From the NCBI GenBank assembly GCA_030704615.1, contig CM060731.1, positions 80,538,001-80,602,000 of the forward strand: DNA of 64,000 bases, written 5' to 3'. The position numbers were made by a program, and so were the translations under genes. The notes under the pieces are model-generated. The model saw nothing but the letters and a program-made list of their open reading frames with translations. It ran no database searches and was not told the DNA's origin. Below, one piece after another: positions 1 through 9,334 of this stretch. The stretch's first letter is position 1. Every line of letters starts with the position of its first letter. This stretch comes from Takakia lepidozioides (Eukaryota; Plantae; Bryophyta).

Positions 1-297
1 GAGATAATTTGTGTTGATTTGGAGCAATTGTCAAGTGATGAGGAGACAAATGCATGATTGCTCGGCAATGGAGATATGGTAGTTTGCAATCAAATCCCAA
101 GGACTAGAAGGGGGATTGATTTGGTGGACAATGACTTGCAAGTTGAGTTGGACCACTCTTGGTTGCACATTGGGGTGGAAAAGAGCAAGAAGATGCCTCT
201 TATGACCACCTAGAGACCATATTTTTGCTTGAGTAGAAGCATAGAAGTCAAGGACTTGCATTCTAGCTCTTCATTACAAACCCTAGTAGTGTATGCT

Positions 298-690
298 CAG
301 ACTATACCTCTGTTAGTATACCAAACAGGAGCTTGTCCCTTTGACTATACCTCTGTTGAGGTATCACCATATGTGAACCATAATGTGAGACTATACCTTT
401 GTTAGTATACCAAACAAGAGCTTGTCCATTTTACTATACCTCTATTGAGGTATCACCATATGTGAACCCTAATCAGCTGAGACTATACCTCTGTTAGTAT
501 ACCAAACAGGAGCTTGTCCCTTTTACTATACCTCTGTTGAGGTATCACCATATGTGGACCCTAATCAGCTCAGACTATACCTCTGTTAGTATACCAAACA
601 GAACCCTCATTTTCAGACTATACCTCTGTAAAGGTATCATCAACATAAGGGACCCTAGCAATCCCAGACTATACCTCTCTTAAGGTATCA
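298..690. repeat. Higher-order tandem repeat (~90-bp unit built of two ~45-bp subunits, core GACTATACCTCTGTT) upstream of gag
   Basis: ACTATACC core recurs about 9 times at ~45-bp spacing; alternate subunits continue AGTATACCAAACA or GAGGTATCACCATATG. Confidence 0.9.
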
Positions 691-719
691 ACAGTGAAAG
701 GACTTAGTGAAATTTAAGG

Positions 720-852
720 GCCTTTGGAGGATTGTTTGGAAGATATTTGAGGGCCCTTGGAGGAGTATTTGGAGGATCTTTGGGGTCCTTGGAGGAGTGT
801 TTGGAGGATCTTTGGGGTCCTTGGAGGATCTTTGGGGTCCTTGGAGGACCCT
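720..852. repeat. Short tandem repeat (GGATCTTTGGGGTCCTTGGAGGA-like, 21/33-bp periods)
   Basis: Several near-identical copies visible; explains the repetitive ORFs at 688-1229. Confidence 0.85.
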
Positions 853-1525
853 TCGAGGAGCTTTGGTGGACAATGTTGAAGAGCTCTTGAAGGATTGATT
901 GAGGGATATTGAAGGATACTTGCCACGGCCATACAAGCGAGTGGATAGAGACAGGAGGGAGAGTGGTGGGATGAGAGCATTCTGGGGTTAGGAATTGCTT
1001 TAGTTTCTCTTCTCCATAGTCTTTCACCCTCTCTGTAGGCCAAAACCTTTCCGTAGGTGGAGGCAAGAGTCAGTCCGGGTATGGGCTGGGGTGTCCTTGC
1101 AGGAGCGACACTGTGGAGTGTTTTTGGTGTGGGGGAGTTGCTGTCTTGATTTTCTTGTGTTTGGATCCCCTCCACACCTGCATGCTTGACTGTGCGCCAT
1201 GTTAGCTTTGTGTGGGCGCTTGTTTTCATAGGAGGTTGGTCCGGATTTGATCACCGGCCAATCCTAGAGTATGCTGTCGGTGGTGAGGCTGAAGTGATGA
1301 CCAACAAGACCACTAGTGTTTCTTCTATGGTGAGGCTGGGTTGATGACCAGCAGACCATAGGAGTGCTTGCGGTGGATGCAGGTGCAGGTACAGGTCTAC
1401 GTTAGAAACCTATTATTCCTGCTTGAACCAGTAGCCGCAACAGGTTCTTTACCCGGTTACCTTGTAGAAAGTGGGGATTAGAGACAGGTTGACAACCGGT
1501 TGGGTTGTGAGTTTTCATCACGGAG

Positions 1526-3142
1526 GTGCCACCAGCTACTGAGGGGAGTGCCGGTACAAGCACCAGCGATACTAGTAGGTACACAAGACAAGGTGTGCGG
1601 TTTAGGCCACTTTCACCTTCAGTGTCTTCTGAGGAAGGTTCAGACTCGGAGTCAGGAGGATTCTCGCCCAGGGTGCAAGTCATTTCCGTGCCATTGTTGT
1701 GGGACACGATGGAGGAGATGTATGGGGCTACCAAGGGGCCACGTAGGTACTCTGGAGCTGTGGGCACCATCGAGCTTGATGACTTTATACAAGAGTTTGA
1801 CAGTTGGTGTGATTTGCAGCAAATGCGCAATCCACAACTGTTTACGCCATTTATGGCGTGGAAGGGGCTATTCCAGCACCTTGAGGGGCCGCCCATGGAT
1901 GATTACCATGAATTTCGGCGGGGACATGCGGTGGAGATTGAGGAGTGGCGAGAGTATTGGTCACCTAACTATGTCTCAATCACAAGAGGCACAAGGGCAG
2001 CGGTGACACCAGCAACTACACAAACATCTCCAACTACAAGCACTAGTAGTGGAACAAGTAGTGCCGGCACTTCTGCAGGTGGTACCAGTTCAAAAGGTGC
2101 TACTACTCCTCCTGCCACAATTACAACACATGTGCCTAGATTCAACCCGGTGGTGGAGTTCTTCCAGGAGTTGCGGAGGAACTACCAAGGTGTATGGACA
2201 GAGAAGCTGCGAAGTTTGCAAGACTTCCAGCGCAAATCCAGTGAGAGCTTGCGAGAAGCCTACACTCGTATGAGGCGCTTGATAAGTGTGACCCAAGGGG
2301 TTACTGAAGCTCAGGCAGTCCAGTTCTGGTATGGAATTTTGGACAAGGAGCTCAAGAGAAGGGTGCGGGATGCAACCCTGTTACAAGCGGCCCAACCCAC
2401 ATTAGCGGATGTGTTTCTGCTGGCTGAGCGGATTGAGCTCAACATGGTGGAGGAACGAGTTGTTACCATTGGATTTGGCAAGGACATGCCTGCACGAGGT
2501 GCAACTGCCAGCCAACACGTACAAGGGACTGCCCAATAGCGTGGTCAGGGAGGCAAGATTGCCCAACCCAAGTTCCATGGAGCTTATAGGGGACCTCAGG
2601 TGCAGAGACCCGTGGCATCTTTTGCAGGTCAACAACAACCAGGGGTGATGTGTTGGACATGTGGAGGACCCCATGTCAAGAGAGATTGCCCAAAGAGTGG
2701 CAGAAGGCCGGAACAAGCACAGCCTGCACAGTTGCAGTGTGGGCATTGTGGCAAGTATGGGCATGGAGATGCCCAGTGTTATGACTTGCACCCTGAGTTG
2801 CACCCAGGCCAGTTCCAAGGGAACAATGGTGGCCGGGGGCGAGGTGGACCAGCCCAGAGAGGACGAGGTGGTCGGGCACAAGGTGCAGGCCAAGGGCAAG
2901 CTCAACATGGCCAAGGACGCGGAGGTCAGGGTGTTGACCAAGACATGGCCAACCGGCTTCAACAGCTAGAGCAGAGGCTCGCTGCCATGGCTACAGCTCA
3001 GGTGGTACCGGCTCCCAGACAAGATGGTCCACCTCCTACTCCTGAGGGAGGAGATATGGGAGGCATGGGATTCATGTGCGGAGCAGCACTACCACTAGTG
3101 CAGGTGGAGTCTGCTGCAGCTGTGACTCGAGGAGCAGCATGA
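1526..3142 (+). pseudogene. gag: Retrotransposon Gag with two zinc knuckles (in-frame TAG at 2537)
   Basis: Capsid-like LQDFQRKSSESLREAYTRM; CWTCGGPHVKRDC and CGHCGKYGHGDAQC knuckles; RGG-rich tract; true start may lie further upstream. Confidence 0.85.
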
Positions 3143-3699
3143 GTTCCTGAGCCACGAGGTGCAGAGGTGGAATTGGATGCACAGCGTGGGGAGGCAAGCC
3201 GTCAGGCGAGGCTTCCTCAGTCATTCACATTGGCGGAGATAGTGTCGACGTCATCCATGGCACCTAGTTCTCGCCCGACTGTTACCGAGGTGGAGGTTAC
3301 TATGCCATTGGGGAGAGCTACACGTGCAACACTGACACCTGCTACCAAGGCTAGTGCAGCCGATGTGTTATTGGGGGCAGCCACCTCTGTGTGTCAAGCC
3401 CCACTGTTCTTGGCAACCATGATTGCGACGCCGGGGGTAAGACCAGCTGCAGTGTTCAGACTAGCAGCAACACTCTGCGAGAGTGGGGAGGTCATTTCAT
3501 CTTCTGCGGAGTTACTGGAAGGTGTAGTGGCAGAGGGATCCTCGGATTTGAGGGTCAAGACTACCACGGCTGCGCCATGGCAAGCTGCAGCTGCCAGGTT
3601 GACGGAGCTGCCAGCTAGGCCAGCCTTTGAGCGCTCCATGGTGACACCTGGAGTTGTCTTGTTAGACAACCAGGGAGGCGTTTTCACTTTGAGTGGACC

Positions 3700-4010
3700 G
3701 GCAGGCAAGAAGTACCGGCCACTGCGGGTCTTGTTGGACTCAGGAGCTCAGCCACTGATGTTGGGCAGAGCTGCTATTGCAGGTTTGGGCCTCATGGAGG
3801 CGGATATGGAGCCTTGTCCTTTCCAGATACAGACATCTCTGGGAGGATCAGAGCAGGCTCGGGGCATGACACGGCGTGAGTTGGTCATTGAACTACAACC
3901 AGATCATCCTGTAGATGGCTCAGTGATGCGAGCCAAGGCCATTGTGACATGCGGTCTCTTACGATGTCCTTGTTGGTGGGGCAGTGTTATATCCCATGGG
4001 CTTCACCCTG
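3700..4010 (+). pseudogene. Retropepsin aspartic protease domain
   Basis: VLLDSGAQPLML active-site motif; C-terminal YDVLVGG motif recovered after a frameshift near 3950. Confidence 0.85.
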
Positions 4011-4439
4011 GACTTTTGGGAGGAGTCAACATCCTACAGGCTTGGATGGCAGTCAGGGGATGGTCGTCGTGCACAGCTCCCTGTGACATTCATTGGGGGT
4101 ATTGCGGCTGCCCAGTGGGGCAAGATGCCAACACTAGCCGCCTTTACAGCTGCAGTTAGTTGGCCTGGAGAGTTGCTGGAAGGCAATGCCCATGCAGAGG
4201 ATGTGCCACCTCCAGCAGAGCATGATGACATGCATGGTACGGCGGAGTTGTCTGCCATGGTTGCTCACACTCCATTATGGGGTACGAGCAAGGATTTGCA
4301 GCAGGCTGCTGATGGACGGGTACAACAAGCCTGGGTAGAGGCCTTCGTACCGTCAGGAGAAGGAGAGTGCGGTGATTGCACCAGGACCACCTCATTGTCC
4401 ATTGGACACCACACCTCTTGTGTGCAGTGCCCGGATGAA

Positions 4440-5390
4440 GACATATGCTTTCTGGACTTGTTTGGCAGGGATCAGCACTGGATTGGTTGCAGTACTGCAG
4501 GCAGGTGTACGAGTTTGACGTTACCTGTATGTGGAGAGGGATGAGACTTCACGACGCGTCTCACTGCGCCATGTTGCTCAGTTGGTACAGCAGTACCTTG
4601 ATTTGTTGCCAGTGTCTGCAGTTCGTGGATACCAACAAGCCTTGCCAGCAGACATTTCGTTGCTGGGGGGCGCAGGATTTGGAGCGGGTTGGCTCCATTG
4701 ATCTGGTAGTGGCAGGCTGACCCTGCCAAGGGCATTCATCAGCCGGGCATGGCAATGGATTGCGAGACTCGAGGACGGGTCTGTTTTGGGAGATGGTGCG
4801 GATTTTGCGCCACTTGCAGCTTCATCAAGCTGTATCTCCAGCATACATCTTGGAGAATGTGCCACTGATGGGTGATTCTCGGGCCAGGGTGATGGCCAGT
4901 GTGCATCAAGTCCGGTCGTGGATTGGGTCAGCAGTGTTGCTGGATGCAGCTGCAGTGGGGTCATGGGCTCATCGTCCACGGCTATGGTGGACTAACTTGA
5001 TGCCACCCGCACTGCTCAAGCGTGCATTTGATGGGGTGCAGCGGCTAGCACACCTCACAGTGGATAGCATTTTGGACACAGGGAGGCAGTCTCAACGTGT
5101 GAGACACGATGACCGTTCGCCTTTGGCAGTAGTCAACAGGGTGGGTCAACCACGAGCAGCATTATCTACACTGCTCAGCTTCCCAGGATCCCATGCTTTT
5201 CGGGATGGTGGACCTGGCCTCTTGTGGGATAGCCAGTTGCAACAATTAGTGGAGCCCAATGCTGACGAGCTTGAGCGGGCGATGGGTTTTACCACAGGTA
5301 CCACGACCGTGCCATCTCTTTCTGAGGCATCACGTCGTCAGGTGTTGGGGCAAGCAATGGATCTCAATTGCTTGACCTGGATTATCAGCT
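4440..5390 (+). pseudogene. DNMT3-like C5 DNA cytosine methyltransferase domain inside pol (2 frameshifts, 2 stops)
   Basis: Reconstructed motifs in canonical order: I FLDLFG/ISTG (4449-4482), II YLYVERD, IV IDLVVAG*PCQG (catalytic PC 4721-4726), V RTGLFWEMVRIL, VI YILENV (4853-4861), VIII AHRPRLWWTN, IX DELERAMGF, X RRQVLGQAMD. Confidence 0.9.
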
Positions 5391-5479
5391 TTGGCGGGCT
5401 TCCCGGCAGGCTTCAAGGGCATCAAGAGATTCAACAAGTAGAGTTCCAAGTAACATTTCGGAGTAACATTGGCGGGCTT

Positions 5480-6290
5480 ACAAGAACTGCTTTGCCTTTA
5501 GTTTGAAGGACTTAGGAGCACTGAAGGGTCAATAGATTCGCATTGAATTGGCTACTGACACGCCAATCTTTCGGAGACCCTATAGATACAGTGACATGGA
5601 GAGGTCCTTGATTCAGATGAGAACTCAGGACCTTTGGGAGGCTGGTTTGGTGGAGTTATCTCGGGGAGAGTATGCTTCAGCCACAGTGATGCCAGCCAAG
5701 AAGGATGTCTTTGGCAATTGGACGGAGAGACGTATGTGCGGTGATTACCGGCCTGTAAATCGTCAGACCAAGTCCGATAGGTATGCCATGCCAACACCAG
5801 AGGAGATCTTTGATGCCATTGGGCATGCCAAGGTCTTTAGCACATTGGATTTACGATCCGAATATCACCAGTTGCCGATCAAGGAGGCGGATAAGCAAAA
5901 GACGGCATTCTAGGGGATCAATGAGTACGGGAAGGATTGCCTATACCAGTGGCGGTTCTTACCATTTGGGCTTAAGAACGCTCCGGCAGAGTTTTCAGAG
6001 AGTCATGGATAGGATTCTAGCAGGGGTGGAGTTTGCTCGGTGCTACATAAATGACATCATCATCTTTAGTGCTACGGTGGAAGAGCATGAGAGACACCTT
6101 CAGGGGGTATTTGAGCGCTTGAGGGCGCACGGATTGAAGTTACATCCGGGAAAGTGCAAGTTTTTCCACAACCAGATTGAGTATCTGGGTCACATGATAT
6201 ATCCTGGAGGATTGGGGGGTACAGTAGACTAAGGTAGAGTCCATTGCACAGGTTCCACGCCCCACGGATGTGAGCTGAGTTCGAGCTTTC
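5480..6290 (+). pseudogene. Reverse transcriptase domain
   Basis: PIFRRPYRYS, RMCGDYRPVN, FSTLDLRSEYHQ, KTAF*, LPFGLKNAP, catalytic YIDD degraded to YIND, KLHPGKCKF, YLGH. Confidence 0.95.
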
Positions 6291-6840
6291 ATGGGGTTAG
6301 CAAACTATTATAGACGGTTTGTTAAGGGATTTAGTGCCATTGCAAAGGCTCTAACCAAGTTGACCAAGGTGGACCAGGAGTGGCAGTGGGAAGATGAGCA
6401 AGAACAAGCTTTTCAAGAGCTCAAGGCGAGGTTGACCTCGGCGCCCATCTTGAGACGACCTATCAGGGGGCGTCCTTTTTAGCTGCATACAGATTGGAGC
6501 ATGCTGGGGCTTGGAGCGGTGCTCACACAAGTGGACGATGATGGAAGAGAGTTCGTAGTGGCTTATGCTAGCCGCTCGAATAACGTTGCAGAGTCTAAGT
6601 ATAGCTCATATGAGGGAGAATGCTTAGCTGCAGTGTGGGCCGTGGCACACTTCAGGTGCTATCTATACGACAATCTCTTCACCCTTGTCACGGATCACCA
6701 ACCACTCAAGTGGTTGATGGAGTCAGACAAGCTTACGGGGAAGCTTGCACGGTGGGCACTCATCCTTCAAGAGTATGACTTTCATGTGGTGCATCGACCG
6801 GGTTTGGTCAATCGCAATGCAGATGGGTTGAGTCGCAATC
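6291..6840 (+). pseudogene. RT connection domain and RNase H
   Basis: FMGLANYYRRFV, F*LHTDWS, GLGAVLTQ, YSSYEGECLAAVWA, TDHQPLKW, RWALILQEYDF, NADGLSR. Confidence 0.93.
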
Positions 6841-7229
6841 CATGCACGAGCCAGCAGGATGACACTGGAGCTCGGTGGCATGGTGAGACGGACGAAGAGA
6901 TGGTGCCCGGATGGCATGCATCTGCATTTCTGTGTATCTTGGCAGCGGAAGGCCAGGTTGGACCTGCAACAAAGATGACTACAGATCAAGTGTCTGAGGA
7001 CCCTGAGGCTAGCAATGAGCAAGGTGGTGCCAAAGATATACATGAGGATTCAGTTGTGTTGGACTACCTCCGCACTGGAGACACTGCAGCCACTGTGACT
7101 GCCAAGGAGAGGGATCGGATCCTACAACGAGCCAAGAGGTTCAAGTGGGAGGGGACACACCTGCTCCGAGTGTGGGAGGATGGTCGAGTGAGGATTGTGC
7201 CTCACCCAACACAGCGGGCACGGTTAGTG

Positions 7230-8280
7230 CGGCATGCCCATGAGGAGTTGGGGCATTTTGGGGTGCGACGCACTCATAGTCTACTGCAGGGGCAATATTG
7301 GTGGCGTGGTATGCACACAGAGGTGCAACAATTTGTGGCTAGGTGCATGGTGTGTGACAGGGTGCGTGCTTCATTCAACGCCCCTACTCCACAATTGCAC
7401 CCTCTTCCGATCATGGGATTGGGCTACAGGTGGAGTCTTGATTTTGCAGGGCCGTTGCCACTGACCATGCGCCACAACAAGTACGTGTTGGTGATGGTGG
7501 AGCACTTCTCCAAGTGGATTGAATTGGTTCCATTGCCTGATAAGGCTAGTGAGGGAGCTGCGTATGCATTCTTGGATTGTGTGCTTAGCCGATTCGGTGC
7601 TCCAGCTGAGGTACTCACGGACCAAGGGAGAGAGTTCTTGGGGGAGTTTCAGGCTTTGTGTGAAAGGCCTTGATAGACCACCGCACCACTTCTCGGGATC
7701 ATCCTGAGGCCGATGGCTTGGCAGAGAGAGTTGTTCAGACAGTAAATAGGGGTTTGCGCAAGTATGGTTTGTAGAAGGGACACCTAGGAGATTGGGACCT
7801 TCAGTTACCCTGGTTAGCCATGGGCTACAGGTTCAGCAAGCAAGCATCACTTGCCTCCTTCTCACCATACTTTCTTCTCTTTGGCCGAGAGCCGGATTTG
7901 CCTACATCCATTCGCAGAGAAGCTGCTACAGTTCTTAACCTTGACGATCCGGACGTGTGGGCGCGTGCATGTGAGCAGCGTGCAAAGTTGTTCAAGAAAG
8001 TCATGCCTATGGCTTTTGAGAACCTTGCCATTGCACAACATCGTGATACGTTGAGGTATGCTACCATACGTGGTGGGGGCTATCGTCCTGGGGTTCGGAG
8101 ATTCAACCCTGGTGACTATGTCTATCTGCAGCAGACTGCTCCTACGACATTGGATGTGACTGCAGGACGTGTTATTTTGAGGGTTCGAGAGGTTTTGCTC
8201 TCAGGCGTCTTGGTCTTGGAGGGTTGGGATGGCATAACTTGGAAGGACCATGTGCGTAATTGTGCGCCATGTCACCTTCC
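7230..8280 (+). pseudogene. Integrase (HHCC zinc-binding domain, DDE core, C-terminal region)
   Basis: AHEELGHFG...CMVC; WSLDFAGP, VLTDQGREF, PEADGLAER; frameshift near 7665, TAG at 7772; SPYFLLFGR. Confidence 0.93.
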
Positions 8281-8335
8281 GAATGTCGATGGCAGGATTG
8301 ACCCAAACGTGGCAGTGGTATCTGCAAGTTTGAAA

Positions 8336-8470
8336 TGCATGTTGTGTGGGTCTGCTAGAGGGGCAGCCACCATGCTGGTGTGTGATCGATGCTCTAGAGG
8401 TTGGCATATGGGATGCTTGACTCCACCTCTTGAGATGGTTCCTGATGGGGATTGGTTATGTCCGTATTGC
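8336..8470 (+). other. PHD finger (C4HC3) fused to the integrase C-terminus; pol stop at 8477-8479
   Basis: CMLC-x9-MLVCDRCSRGWHMGCLTPPLEMVPDGDWLCPYC. Confidence 0.93.
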
Positions 8471-8721
8471 ATTGGATAGTGAGAGTGGATACAACCATGG
8501 AAGGCTAACAAGAAATGCAAGGCCAAGCTACTAGGAGACCAACACACGAGATCCTGACTCAAGTTCACAGATTGCAAGACGGCGACTAACGATGGGGTTG
8601 CTCTTGTACCCGGCCTCTTGGTCTATAGAGTTTGAGTACAATAGGGACAGTGATAGAGGACTTAGTACGGCTGTGGCTATTACATCTTGTAGCTATCTGG
8701 AGTTAGAGGGACCTAACCACC

Positions 8722-8736
8722 AGCTAGGGGGGCGAT
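8722..8736 (+). promoter_or_regulatory. Polypurine tract
   Basis: AGCTAGGGGGGCGAT immediately before TGTGG. Confidence 0.7.
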
Positions 8737-9334
8737 TGTGGTATAGCTTTCTAGGATTGTGTGCTTAGATTATGTGGTGGACAACGATGTATGTTGTGGC
8801 ACGATGCTTAGGTGCACGACAGCTGTCATGGTTTTAGTCATGGTTATCTAGAATTACCTACTTCTAGTTAACTAGGACATTTTAGATATTTTATATTTAT
8901 ATTTTGTGTGTTGGGACTTCATTTGGTCTCACATGCCAAGTGAGGTGTCGAGCCTCACTTGAGACATGGAGATAGGTTTTCCCTTTTTGAGTGTTGAGGA
9001 GGTTCATCTTCTTGTAGTTGAGCCTCCATGAGCTTCTCTCACCTCCATAGCTCTAGGTATTGAGAGGGAGTGTGTTGAGGGCTTTGTAGGGTGGATTCCT
9101 TTAGCAAAGGTGCCCTTGGCTTGACTTAGTTTATGTGATAGAGTGGATTTCACTTGGAAGGACTAGGGCTTGTTCTTCATGTGATTGCTTCATGCTTTGA
9201 GAGCTTTCATTGTCTTCTACTTCTCTCATTTCTCATCTCTTATCATTGTGGTATAGCTTTCTAGGATTGTGTGCTTAGATTGTGTGGTGGACAGCGATGT
9301 ATGTTGTGGCACGATGCTTAGGTGCACGACAACA
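8737..9334 (+). repeat. Putative 3' LTR (~598 bp) with an internal ~85-bp terminal direct repeat
   Basis: Starts TGTGGT after the PPT, ends ACAACA (5/6 inverted match); 8737-8821 is repeated at 9247-9331; no 5' LTR in the window to confirm. Confidence 0.65.

Larger units (their letters stand above)
1526..9334 (+). mobile_element. Degenerate Ty3/Gypsy LTR retrotransposon: gag-PR-DNMT-RT-RH-INT-PHD, PPT, 3' LTR (5' LTR not in window; the element probably extends past position 1)
   Basis: Domain order RT-RH-INT is Gypsy-type; ORFs 1526, 2600 and 3167 are in one frame separated by single stops; about 10 premature stops and several frameshifts. Confidence 0.93.

Noticed and set aside
298-690. CRISPR-like regularly spaced palindromic repeats
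   Set aside because: The intervening segments are themselves repeated, there are no cas genes, and the context is eukaryotic
688-1254. Overlapping Pro/Lys-rich ORFs
   Set aside because: Translations of a short tandem repeat with no domain motifs
4440-5390. Host DRM/CMT gene or bacterial R-M methyltransferase contamination
   Set aside because: No introns, no UBA/BAH/chromo domains, linear motif order, collinear within pol and decayed like the flanking retroelement domains
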